IMG/VR virus record: IMGVR_UViG_3300014208_000031
Location: 103,665-167,664 of that record
Direction: 5' to 3' (one strand)
Source: a virus
DNA length: 64,000 nt
Part shown: positions 9,303 through 18,140 of the stretch, piece after piece
Layout: each line of letters opens with the position of its first letter
Position numbering within the stretch: position 1 is the stretch's first letter
Program-made: the position numbers and the translations under genes
Notes under the pieces: model-generated
Told to the model about the DNA's origin: nothing
The model's input: only the letters and a program-made list of their open reading frames with translations
The model's database searches: none

Positions 9303-9680
9303 TTATTTTTCACAATCACATTTAGTATGTCCGCAAGTTTCACATAATTTACCATAACTAGCCTGATATTGACTAATTGAATTACCGTTAAATCCGTGGC
9401 GTTGGGCCGCGCGGACTTCTAATAAATACAAACTGTTGTGAATATTATTTATAATACTTATATTCTCAGGACAAGGTATTTGATTTTGTAAATAAACAAT
9501 TCGGTCTAGAACTGCGCGGAGAACACTTTGAATTGTAGTTCCGGGATAACTATTTTTATTTCCGGGGAATCGTTCTGGATTCTTTTCGTCGTGTCGTTTA
9601 ACAAAAGTTAATGTTTGATCTAAATCTCCATCTAGAGTTAAAAGTTTATATTTGTGGCCGGGATCAATTATTTTTATCAT
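9303..9680 (-). CDS. Acb2/Tad1-like putative nucleotide-sponge protein
   Basis: GTT.Q.VL..VLDR..YLQ.Q.PC.EN...L.LLE.R resembles the Acb2 (T4 Vs.4) helical hairpin. Confidence 0.55.
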   Translation of the reverse strand: MIKIIDPGHKYKLLTLDGDLDQTLTFVKRHDEKNPERFPGNKNSYPGTTIQSVLRAVLDRIVYLQNQIPCPENISIINNIHNSLYLLEVRAAQRHGFNGNSISQYQASYGKLCETCGHTKCDCEK

Positions 9681-9682
9681 AT

Positions 9683-10375
9683 TTAAATACTTATACTTTT
9701 ATATTTTTCTAGAACTTCTTTGAATCCTAACCGATGACATTTTTCAGATAATGTTTCTTTCCATCCGTCATTTCCTTTTATAATATTTTTTACTAATCCG
9801 GGAACTTCTTTCCAAGATTCAAACCTTATGACATTATTGGAGTTTTTAATGTTTTTATTCCAAGGCGCATTTGCCAATAAAATTTGTTTGTCGGGATGTT
9901 TAACCGCTTCGATAGCCAAATGTGGTGAATCATCTATGTAAATAGAATAATCGAGATTTAATTTATCTGTAGCCGAAACTCTACCAAGACAATTTACTGA
10001 AGAAATTGGGCAATAAAATGGTTCATTTTTCCCTACTCCATAATTATATATTACCCAATCCCAAATTGATTTTTCGGCGGATTTGCTATTAGCCGTGACT
10101 ACATGAACTTGACAGTTCAAATTTCTAATTTTCCACAACGAAGTAAAAATATGTTCGTCGTAGGGTTTTATCATTAAACGCCCTTCTCTGTCAAAATAAT
10201 CTAAAATTCTATTAAATTGATCGTTATGGCCTAAGTCTTGCCAATAATCCCAAGTAATAATATGTTTATGGGTGTGATTTCCACCTGTTAAAATATTCAT
10301 TATATCACAAACCGTTGACATTGTTCGACCTAAAACGCCGTCAAAATCAAGTGAGATTTTTAATTGTTTATTCAT
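9683..10375 (-). CDS. HAD-family 5'(3')-deoxyribonucleotidase
   Basis: DFDGVL, VVTA, YIDDSP, PWN motifs. Confidence 0.8.
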   Translation of the reverse strand: MNKQLKISLDFDGVLGRTMSTVCDIMNILTGGNHTHKHIITWDYWQDLGHNDQFNRILDYFDREGRLMIKPYDEHIFTSLWKIRNLNCQVHVVTANSKSAEKSIWDWVIYNYGVGKNEPFYCPISSVNCLGRVSATDKLNLDYSIYIDDSPHLAIEAVKHPDKQILLANAPWNKNIKNSNNVIRFESWKEVPGLVKNIIKGNDGWKETLSEKCHRLGFKEVLEKYKSISI

Positions 10376-10745
10376 GTTTTATTATATTCTTTTTGGTTAA
10401 GGGATTTGTTAATCTTTTTACCATCCCATTTATCACTTCTCGATTTTCGTCTCCGTCAACATCGTCATAATGGTCTTCGTATTCTACAATATATTTATAT
10501 TTACCATTAGCTAATTGACTTACTTTTTTAATTACTCCATCCCATAATAACCAATCATTCGGCCACTTAAATTTAACTTTTTCACCGATATTAAATTCTT
10601 GTTTTTCGTTTTGATATTTATTAAATGCTTTATCATATTGTTTTCTTAAACTTTCAATAATATTATCTATTGGCATGGTATCAGGAGATTCATCTAGAAA
10701 TTCAAATAATTGTTTGAAATCAGTATTTTTAAGTTCTATTTTCAT
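10368..10745 (-). CDS. hypothetical protein (SH3-like beta domain possible)
   Basis: FNIGEKVKF..GVIKKV..YIVEY. Confidence 0.65.
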   Translation of the reverse strand: MKIELKNTDFKQLFEFLDESPDTMPIDNIIESLRKQYDKAFNKYQNEKQEFNIGEKVKFKWPNDWLLWDGVIKKVSQLANGKYKYIVEYEDHYDDVDGDENREVINGMVKRLTNPLTKKNIIKHE

Positions 10746-11203
10746 TGTTCACAAAGTATCAAATTTATTTCATTGCAGTCTTCAAAAACATACTTGAAAA
10801 TATCTAAAACCGTTTTAGGATTCCCGCCCGCATTTACGCAACCGAAAAGTCGGGGCGCGGCTACTGGTTTATCGTTTATTCCCATTTTTAGTATAAACTC
10901 TTTAATGTTTTCCATAGAAGTATTCATGGCTGAATAATCTAAATGTTGTTTTTCTCGCCCGTACCTAAACTGAGAATAACTATTTATGATATTGTGAAAC
11001 TGGTCTTCGTTGGCGAGGGCGAATGAGAATAACCCAAGCTTTTTGAAATCTGCGCGTTTTGTAAGCATGTCTGAACTAGCAGCGCGAGGATAACGTTTTT
11101 TAATTTTTAAAGCCAATCCTCGACCCATTGTATTTTGACAATTACAGCATTGAATTATAGTTCCAATACTTTTGTCAAAAATATCTATTTTTTTTAATTT
11201 CAA
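10742..11203 (-). CDS. macro domain protein (ADP-ribose processing)
   Basis: QCCNCQNTMGRGLA..IKKRYP, YSQFRYG, PRLFGC..AGG. Confidence 0.8.
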   Translation of the reverse strand: MKLKKIDIFDKSIGTIIQCCNCQNTMGRGLALKIKKRYPRAASSDMLTKRADFKKLGLFSFALANEDQFHNIINSYSQFRYGREKQHLDYSAMNTSMENIKEFILKMGINDKPVAAPRLFGCVNAGGNPKTVLDIFKYVFEDCNEINLILCEQ

Positions 11204-11340
11204 TCATTTAGATAAAATCATTCATATAAGCCGCGCGGATATTTTTCTCGGTTGGCTCGATTCCAATGTTTTTGCAAATTTTAATACAGATTTTTTTGTC
11301 GTGATCTGAAATTTTACAATTACCATAAATATTTTTTGAT

Positions 11341-11610
11341 TTAATCTTTTTCATCTTTTAATAACTCTTCTTCATCTAAACATCCACAACTAATCAATTG
11401 GCCGTCGCATCGCGGGCAACGCTCTACATCGCAGCCCGGATGATGTCTATTACCATGTTTTATATTACAATCATGGCAACGACCATCAGGTTCATCGAAA
11501 TGATAATTAGACGAAGGAAGCTTTTCACCGTCAGGAAATTCTACAAACAAATTCCACAAGCATTCATCAACTTTTAACATATCGTTTTCACAAAATTTAC
11601 AATTAGCCAT
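11341..11610 (-). CDS. Cys/His-rich conserved hypothetical protein
   Basis: RCHDC..HHPGCDVERCPRCDGQLISCGC. Confidence 0.7.
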   Translation of the reverse strand: MANCKFCENDMLKVDECLWNLFVEFPDGEKLPSSNYHFDEPDGRCHDCNIKHGNRHHPGCDVERCPRCDGQLISCGCLDEEELLKDEKD

Positions 11611-11625
11611 AATTTTAATTTTAAT

Positions 11626-12087
11626 TTACTTTAAAGGGTCTATTCCGTTATCTTTTAATTTTTTATATTCTTTTAGTTTTTTAAACGCTACTTTATCCGC
11701 CCATTGTTCGCAAATTTTTAAATTATGATATAATTGCTGCCTTTTAATTGGGTCATTATATTGCTGGATATGGGCAAGTTCATGCCGAGTTGTAAAAACT
11801 GCCATACTCCAGAAGTCGCTAAAGGAATATTCACCGTGGTATCCCGTCCTAAGTTTTTTATCAGAACGAAGAGAAAATTCCAATGGATAGTGTTTTTTAT
11901 TATAATCAAACCTTAGAATAACGTAAGGAATTGCGTAGTTACCATAATGAAAATCGCAACTCCAGAAAGTTTTACAATTTTTAACTATTATATCTGTATT
12001 ATCTAAATTAAGGCTTTTTGGACGGCAAAATTCTATAAGTTTTTCTAGCTTTTTGGTGGGAATTCGTGATTTATTGATTAAGGCCAT
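11626..12087 (-). CDS. putative zincin-like metallopeptidase
   Basis: RHELAH (HExxH) with downstream E..AD. Confidence 0.55.
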   Translation of the reverse strand: MALINKSRIPTKKLEKLIEFCRPKSLNLDNTDIIVKNCKTFWSCDFHYGNYAIPYVILRFDYNKKHYPLEFSLRSDKKLRTGYHGEYSFSDFWSMAVFTTRHELAHIQQYNDPIKRQQLYHNLKICEQWADKVAFKKLKEYKKLKDNGIDPLK

Positions 12088-12181
12088 GAAATTGAGGTTT
12101 AAAAGATTTAAGGTGTTGAAGTCTCTAAAACTTATATCCTTTTGGATTGACCACTGAAAAAACTTTTAAATTGAGCCGCGT

Positions 12182-12214
12182 AAAAAAATAAAAGCCGGGT
12201 TAATTACTCCCGGC
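12182..12214 (-). terminator. rho-independent terminator
   Basis: GCCGGG-N9-CCCGGC followed by TTTTATTTTTTT on the minus strand. Confidence 0.75.
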
Positions 12215-12440
12215 CTTTAACATAAAACAGGTTGATTTCTCAACTAATATGAGTCCCCTTGGATTAGCTCAAATTGGCTAGTCTCAGGCCAAGACACACC
12301 TACTCATAACTCTCTTGGTCATGTACGTCTATCCGTACTGCTGTTTTATTTTTGCGCAAATCTAACTAATTAAGGATAAAAATCCTGCAACTGTTATAAA
12401 TTTTGATTTATAAAACATTATTTTATTTAATCTTGCATAT
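12182..12440 (-). ncRNA. candidate structured non-coding RNA of unknown family
   Basis: Gap with no ORF above 20 aa; both phage promoter-like motifs upstream; nested perfect stems (9-bp closing helix 12341-12349/12222-12230); terminator downstream. Confidence 0.55.
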
Positions 12441-12485
12441 TTAATTTACACGTTATCTACAAAATCTATATCCTTTTCCAAAAAA

Positions 12486-12737
12486 TTAAAGACGATATTC
12501 TGGTTTTTTAGGAGTATTTTCTTCTTGTCCGGGCGGCTGCGGAACTCCAAATCTAAACATTTGTTGAAATTGCTGTTGAAGTAACTGCTCTTGAGAAACT
12601 TCCTGCTGAATTATCTCAGGTTGATTGGAAGATTTGATAAATTGAATTGTGATATTTTCAATTGACCAAAACAATGCAACAAGTATTATTGTTAAACTAA
12701 TATAAAAAGCTGATTTATTTATTGATTGTTCAGTCAT
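12486..12737 (-). CDS. single-TM membrane protein with Gln-rich tail
   Basis: AFYISLTIILVALFW helix; ATG 12737 preferred. Confidence 0.65.
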   Translation of the reverse strand: MTEQSINKSAFYISLTIILVALFWSIENITIQFIKSSNQPEIIQQEVSQEQLLQQQFQQMFRFGVPQPPGQEENTPKKPEYRL

Positions 12738-12738
12738 A

Positions 12739-13347
12739 TTATTTTGTTTTCTCTGGTTCTTTAGGTTGAATTTCACCCGGCGTTAAATTATAAAACATAT
12801 ATTCTTGTTCTAGACTTTCTGAGCCGCCGCCCTTTTGACCACTTTCTTTGTCTCCCGGCTGGCCTTTTCCTTTGCCTTTGCCTTTTCCGCCCGATTTACC
12901 ATTTTTAGTTAATTTTCCAGTAACTTTTTGACCTTTTTGTAATTTTTCCATTACTTTTTGAAGTTGCTCATGTAAATTTCTAGAATAAGGTAATCTAAAC
13001 ATTCTAGGTTCGTTTTTGTCGCTTTCGTATTTTAACATTTTAAAAAATTGATTGTCGTAATTACTTTTTACACTATCTAATGTAAGATAAATTGCGCCTT
13101 TTTGACCTAAATTTTTATTTGGTTCTTTGATATTAGCGGCGACAATCGTTACAACTTCTGGCATACCACTATCGTCCGCCGCCCAGCCGAGGAAACTGTC
13201 TAGGCCGGAAAATACTCCAACCGTGAACAAGCAAAAGAGTGAAGTCATTAAAATCTTAAAAATCGCGTGGACTTTTGACTCAACTAATAACCAAAAAATT
13301 ATTCCGCCGAGAAAAAGAAGGCTGAAATAGATTGAAAAAGGTATCAT
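12739..13347 (-). CDS. two-TM membrane protein with Gly/Lys-rich tail (third gene of the MotA/ExbD-like module)
   Basis: Two N-terminal hydrophobic helices, PRMFRLPYSRNLHE, GGKGKGKGKG tail. Confidence 0.7.
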   Translation of the reverse strand: MIPFSIYFSLLFLGGIIFWLLVESKVHAIFKILMTSLFCLFTVGVFSGLDSFLGWAADDSGMPEVVTIVAANIKEPNKNLGQKGAIYLTLDSVKSNYDNQFFKMLKYESDKNEPRMFRLPYSRNLHEQLQKVMEKLQKGQKVTGKLTKNGKSGGKGKGKGKGQPGDKESGQKGGGSESLEQEYMFYNLTPGEIQPKEPEKTK

Positions 13348-13348
13348 A

Positions 13349-13588
13349 TTAATCTAATCCATCTAAATAATTATTATGAATATGAACTCTTTCTCGAAAA
13401 TTTTTAATCAATCTTAAAAAATCTTCTTGACCGCTTGTAAACATAAAGTTTAAAATTAGTTCTAAGCCAAATCTATTTTCCCAAACTTGACTAAATCTAA
13501 ACATTTCTTGACCATCATATTCAATAATATAAAATCTATCAAAATATTTAATTAGGAATTTCCCTATTTTACAATTTGGCGCTCTCAT
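13349..13588 (-). CDS. hypothetical protein
   Basis: Packed ORF inside the membrane module. Confidence 0.55.
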   Translation of the reverse strand: MRAPNCKIGKFLIKYFDRFYIIEYDGQEMFRFSQVWENRFGLELILNFMFTSGQEDFLRLIKNFRERVHIHNNYLDGLD

Positions 13589-13592
13589 ATTT

Positions 13593-14207
13593 TTATTGTT
13601 CGGCGGATTCTGCCCCGCTAATTACTGCAATTTTCGCGGGTAATTCATTTGTCTCGGTAACTTCTCCATTTTTATCAAATTTAAATCTAAAAAATGTTTC
13701 TTCGTCTCCAGAATGATTAAATACTCTTTCTTTAACAATTATTTCTTTAAATGGTTTGATTTTGACTAATTTAACTTTTACCGTTAATGGCCCGGTTTCG
13801 CCCGGATACTTTCTGTAGCAATGTCCATTAACTATATATTCACCTTCTTTAGTTCCTCTAATTGATATAATTTCTTCGTTAATTTTAACTATTGTTCCGT
13901 CAGCGCGCCGATCTGAACTAGCGCCCAAGTCATCCCTCTTTAAAGCAAATAAACTTCCTTGCCCTCCTTCGCGTCGATTGAACCCGACAATATTCCCGGC
14001 GCTGTCTTGCGACCAGAGATCGACATCAGAGGAACTTTCTGGATTCCACGTCATAACAATTTCATATAATTCAGTTAACTGAATTGAACTATCATTTTTT
14101 TTAGTAATAGAGCTAAATGCAAGAATAAGGATAAAAACAAGTAAAATATTTGTATGGTAATCAACAAAGGGAATAAGATTAGGTCTAACCTGTCTATAAG
14201 TTCTCAT
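13593..14207 (-). CDS. ExbD/MotB-like TM anchor fused to a YfaP/DUF2135-like beta domain
   Basis: IPFVD..NILLVFI TM with conserved Asp; MTW..DVDLW..DDLG..NEEII..GEYIVN. Confidence 0.6.
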   Translation of the reverse strand: MRTYRQVRPNLIPFVDYHTNILLVFILILAFSSITKKNDSSIQLTELYEIVMTWNPESSSDVDLWSQDSAGNIVGFNRREGGQGSLFALKRDDLGASSDRRADGTIVKINEEIISIRGTKEGEYIVNGHCYRKYPGETGPLTVKVKLVKIKPFKEIIVKERVFNHSGDEETFFRFKFDKNGEVTETNELPAKIAVISGAESAEQ

Positions 14208-14218
14208 GTTTTATTTAA

Positions 14219-14692
14219 TTAACGGCTTTCATCATTTTTTAAATTTCTACTAACAATAAATAATTGAGATGAAAGTAAAATAGTACATATTAGTGCAAAA
14301 ATCGTAGTTATTAACGTTCTTCCAGTTCCCGCCATTAGCTGTTTCAAAAACTCTGCCGTGTCTCCGCCCTGCGCGAGTGGCAAGGCTTTAACGATTGTGA
14401 AGCAAAGTCCCCCGGTCGTTCCGAGCAAACCGAGCAGCAGGAAGGTTTCTGACATGAAATAAGCTGGTTGTAATCTATGAATATGGCTTTCTGTATCTAG
14501 AGGATTTTTGTCAATTAACCAAGATATTCTTCCTAGCTGAAATGAAAATATTACATATAAAATTAAACAAACTAAGGCTATATATGAGGCGTCGTGTTCT
14601 AACATGTATTGAAAAACGCCCTGATAAAAGCCTCCTACCGAGGCGGTGAAAATAATAGCGTTAATCACAAACCAGCGAGTAAATGTTTTCAT
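14219..14692 (-). CDS. MotA/TolQ/ExbB proton-channel family protein
   Basis: Four hydrophobic segments; LLGLLGTTGGL and LITTIFAL signatures. Confidence 0.75.
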   Translation of the reverse strand: MKTFTRWFVINAIIFTASVGGFYQGVFQYMLEHDASYIALVCLILYVIFSFQLGRISWLIDKNPLDTESHIHRLQPAYFMSETFLLLGLLGTTGGLCFTIVKALPLAQGGDTAEFLKQLMAGTGRTLITTIFALICTILLSSQLFIVSRNLKNDESR

Positions 14693-14693
14693 A

Positions 14694-15695
14694 TTAAGTA
14701 TTCTTGCTTTTTCTTGTTTCTAGTGGTAATCCCAGTCTTATTTTAATTTTTTTGGTTAAATAAGAATTAAGATTGACGATTCGCGCAGATTCTTTAAAAG
14801 ACTTTCCAGAGTCCAAAAGTTCTTTTACTTTTTCAAATTTCATTTCTGCTTTTTCATAATATGTTATATGGTTAACATTAATGTTGTCCCATTTCCTCTT
14901 CATAATAGGAAGATTGAGTTTTATCGCACATTTCTTTAGCTCCCTAAGAATCGGGAACTTATGCATAATCAAAATTATACAATTGTCTTTTCGATTGGGT
15001 GGAGAAACGCGAACAGTTAAATTAAATATTGATTCTATCTTTTCTTTTAGAGCTGCAAAAAAATCGCCCCAATTTTTATGACAACAAACCTGTATTACTA
15101 CAGTGTTATTTTTTTTCTTATGAATGCATCCGTCGCCATCTATCAAACCAATTAAAAAAGATAAAAATAAGTCATTGGGTAAACTTTTATAAAACTGGAA
15201 GTTTTGTGGTGGATATAGTGTTTTATTCTGCTGTAAGTCAAATTTATCCTGAATTTTAAAATAGTTTTTATTATCGTTTCCCTGTAATGAAGACTGCACC
15301 GAATATTTTATTTCATTTTTATATTCATGCGAATGTTTGTGTGAATAAAAATTAAACTTAACATTTTCAAAAGCATTCTTTAACCATTCGGTATCTTTTT
15401 CATTTACCGAAATACAAATTCCGCCAGACTTAGTAAAACATCCATCAGCCGCGATAAAACCCATTTGATAATAAGCTAACGGGGTTTCTAGTAAAAGGTT
15501 ACTTAATTCACATGTTCTATTATATGCTTCGGTGATTTCGGGATTCTTTTTTAAGCCTAAACGACGTGCTCTTTTATGAATTGCAACTACAGATCGGTCG
15601 GGGAATAATTTAGTTAATTCTTGATGTGTGGCATCAAAATAGAATTTTCTTAATGTGTTGTCTTCTTCTGTTGTATAGTCTGGATTTTTTGCCAT
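14694..15695 (-). CDS. LAGLIDADG homing endonuclease with N-terminal HTH
   Basis: MGFIAADGC and LIGLIDGDGC motifs. Confidence 0.85.
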   Translation of the reverse strand: MAKNPDYTTEEDNTLRKFYFDATHQELTKLFPDRSVVAIHKRARRLGLKKNPEITEAYNRTCELSNLLLETPLAYYQMGFIAADGCFTKSGGICISVNEKDTEWLKNAFENVKFNFYSHKHSHEYKNEIKYSVQSSLQGNDNKNYFKIQDKFDLQQNKTLYPPQNFQFYKSLPNDLFLSFLIGLIDGDGCIHKKKNNTVVIQVCCHKNWGDFFAALKEKIESIFNLTVRVSPPNRKDNCIILIMHKFPILRELKKCAIKLNLPIMKRKWDNINVNHITYYEKAEMKFEKVKELLDSGKSFKESARIVNLNSYLTKKIKIRLGLPLETRKSKNT

Positions 15696-15723
15696 TTCGT
15701 TTTAAAACTTAAACCGTCTAAAC

Positions 15724-15751
15724 ACTATATCCTTTTGTTTTGGAAAGTCAA
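15724..15751 (-). promoter_or_regulatory. promoter: TTGACT-N16-TATAGT overlapping AAAGGATATA motif
   Basis: Intergenic, 30 nt upstream of the endonuclease gene. Confidence 0.5.
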
Positions 15752-15819
15752 GGGTTTTGGGAAATTAGTTTAATGGCGGGTAAAACGCTCGGATTCATGG
15801 AAAAGTGTAAATAAAATAC

Positions 15820-16143
15820 GTGAACTTTATTGTCCGCGCAGAAATTTTAAATCCTCCTACACGACTTTTGTGTTTTAGAGATTTATGCTTCTGGCTGCAT
15901 TATGATTTTAGGCAATTTGAAAATATTTTAATTGAAGTGGCGCGACCAGAAATAGATATTTATTATAAATATTTAAAGAATTCACCCGGTTCGATGGATT
16001 TTGTTGCCGATTTTATCGAAGAAGATTATAAAGAAAAGGGTTTAAGGTTGGCGGACGAACCAGTAATTAGTCCTACTATTCAGGCGGTTTACATTAACGA
16101 AAAAAATGTTTATTCAATTTTAAGGGCTGTAGGATACAACTAA
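15820..16143 (+). CDS. hypothetical protein (only plus-strand gene in the minus block)
   Basis: Occupies an otherwise empty gap; AAAAGTGTAAA 8 nt before GTG; converges on the exonuclease gene. Confidence 0.65.
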   Translation: MNFIVRAEILNPPTRLLCFRDLCFWLHYDFRQFENILIEVARPEIDIYYKYLKNSPGSMDFVADFIEEDYKEKGLRLADEPVISPTIQAVYINEKNVYSILRAVGYN

Positions 16144-16868
16144 AAAGCGTCCGCCGAATAGTGTTCCAGCATCGTCATAATATCTTTTTTCATATAATCG
16201 ACTTTGATAATTTCTATTTTCTTGTCCGCCGGATTCACCCAAAAGATATTTAGATTTTTATTAACGTTATAGCCCTGTAAAGACAAAAGATAGGAATATA
16301 AGCTTAACTGAAGAGAGTATCTTGTGATCGCATCGTTTTTCAGATGATTTAACGGATATAAAAGTTTATTGTAGGCTTTTTTTGTCAAAGACTCATTTGT
16401 TTTGAGGTCGCAAATTCTTATTTCATTTTTATCTTTATTATACTCCACAAAATCACTCAAACCAGACACGAGTAAATCTTTAGAATAGACAAGAACTTCC
16501 GAAAAAACCGGATATTCAAATGTTGGATAAATATCATTTTTGAAATTTTCTACTATTTCTTTATTCGCGGATTTCCTTATTTTTTTAGTGTTAATAAAAT
16601 GTTCTATTTCTGCGTGTACTGCCGAGCCGTATAGACAACTTAGATCGCGCTTATCGTTCCAGCGCTTTCTTAAAACTTCTTTATCTATTCCTTCACGTTT
16701 TGCACACATCGTAAGAATAATCCCAGATTCGTCGAAGGGAATTTCATATAAATGTATAAGTTGCGAGACTGAGATATATTTATTATTTTCTTTGTCTATG
16801 TAGCTGTGATCGTCCGCGTGAAACGTGACAAAATCTTGCTCAAATGGATTTTTAGGTTTTCTTCCCAT
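16140..16868 (-). CDS. PD-(D/E)xK exonuclease (Cas4/RecB-like)
   Basis: GSAVH..E, SE..VSGLSD, ICDLKT, YSLQLSLY. Confidence 0.8.
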   Translation of the reverse strand: MGRKPKNPFEQDFVTFHADDHSYIDKENNKYISVSQLIHLYEIPFDESGIILTMCAKREGIDKEVLRKRWNDKRDLSCLYGSAVHAEIEHFINTKKIRKSANKEIVENFKNDIYPTFEYPVFSEVLVYSKDLLVSGLSDFVEYNKDKNEIRICDLKTNESLTKKAYNKLLYPLNHLKNDAITRYSLQLSLYSYLLSLQGYNVNKNLNIFWVNPADKKIEIIKVDYMKKDIMTMLEHYSADAF

Positions 16869-18124
16869 TATAGTAATATTTCTTGGATTCTATTTTTTGC
16901 TATTTCGCAATATTCTGGATTAAGATCAAATAAAATGTAATCTCTTCCTAGTTGTTTGACTACTAAACCCACGCTGCCCGCGCCGCCAAATGGATCAATT
17001 ACAACACAAGGCTTAATTTCGTCAGTCTCGCATTTGCAATCTTTTTTCCAACCAACTGTTTTCTTTTCTACCATTCCGGCGAGAATCCGGGCTTTGACTT
17101 CACTAGCATTTTGAACATTATTTTTTTTAAATTCTTTAGTTGCTTCGCAGAGATATTCACCGTTTGAATCCGCGCCACAAAGTCTTTTATGTTCTTCGTC
17201 CGCGCGACCTTTTTCTATTATTCTTGTATATGGTTTACCGCAATTAAAACAGCAACCATATTCACTTGTTCCGGCTAAAATACATGGTTCAATAAGTTTG
17301 GTGGCCATTACAGCAAAATGTGCTCCCCTAAAACTTTCGGGATTTATTGTCCAAACCGATCTAATATTTCTTTTAGAAGACATTAAGGCTCCCATTTCGG
17401 CGCGGCTAATTCCCTTTTTACCTTTTCCGTGGCGATCTTCTTTAGAAAATATATTTAAATCTGATCTTGTAGATTTTTGTTCTTTTGCTTTTTTTATACA
17501 ATCCAAAGTATAAGGATTTGTAGTTTCTTCTGCAACTGCTTCATTATCATAATAATACTTAGTTCCTTTAGTTAACATAAAAACAGTTTCATGAGATTTA
17601 GTCGGGCGGTCTTTGCAGCTTTCTGGCATACAACTTCCTGAATATTTGTTGTTAAAACTAATTCCTTTAGCCCAAATAATTTCACTTCTAACTGTCCAGC
17701 CCCAATCTTGGAGTGCAAATGCTACTCTCCAAGGAACACCTATTAAATCTTTAGGTTTTAAACCGGCGGGGACTTTTGATCCTTTTCCCTCAACTGACTG
17801 AGCTACTCCCTTGTTTGCTCCCTTGTTACTGGCAACTTGATAAGTTCTATTAGCTGCATAACTATCTCCTAAATTCAAATATAAAATTCCATCGTCTCGT
17901 AAAACTCTATAAACTTCCGAAAAGATTTTTACTAAATTGTCAATATATTCTTGTAAGGATTCTTCTGCTCCAATTTCTAAATGTTTATTAGGATCATCTT
18001 TGGATAAATAAGAGCGTAAAGAAAAGTATGGAGGACTCGTCACGCAAAGTTGTATGGATTTATCATCTAACTGTTTGAGTAAGTCTAAATTATTTCCACA
18101 GTAAATCTTATTTAATTCAAGCAT
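16868..18124 (-). CDS. N4-cytosine/N6-adenine DNA methyltransferase (beta class) with Zn-finger insertion
   Basis: TSPPY, NLGDSY, HFA, DPFGGAG; ATG 18124 (MLELNKIYCG) preferred; CFNC..CKC insertion. Confidence 0.9.
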   Translation of the reverse strand: MLELNKIYCGNNLDLLKQLDDKSIQLCVTSPPYFSLRSYLSKDDPNKHLEIGAEESLQEYIDNLVKIFSEVYRVLRDDGILYLNLGDSYAANRTYQVASNKGANKGVAQSVEGKGSKVPAGLKPKDLIGVPWRVAFALQDWGWTVRSEIIWAKGISFNNKYSGSCMPESCKDRPTKSHETVFMLTKGTKYYYDNEAVAEETTNPYTLDCIKKAKEQKSTRSDLNIFSKEDRHGKGKKGISRAEMGALMSSKRNIRSVWTINPESFRGAHFAVMATKLIEPCILAGTSEYGCCFNCGKPYTRIIEKGRADEEHKRLCGADSNGEYLCEATKEFKKNNVQNASEVKARILAGMVEKKTVGWKKDCKCETDEIKPCVVIDPFGGAGSVGLVVKQLGRDYILFDLNPEYCEIAKNRIQEILL

Positions 18125-18140
18125 GTTGTAATATATATTT

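Noticed and set aside
12270-12290. Group I intron or hammerhead core (CCUGAGACUAG)
   Set aside because: No matching P7 partner (UAGUC) or interrupted host gene; does not fit the CUGANGA..GAAA hammerhead geometry
12739-14692. Zorya defence system
   Set aside because: The MotA-like protein lacks the long ZorA tail, the partner lacks an OmpA-like domain, and no ZorC/D/E genes are adjacent
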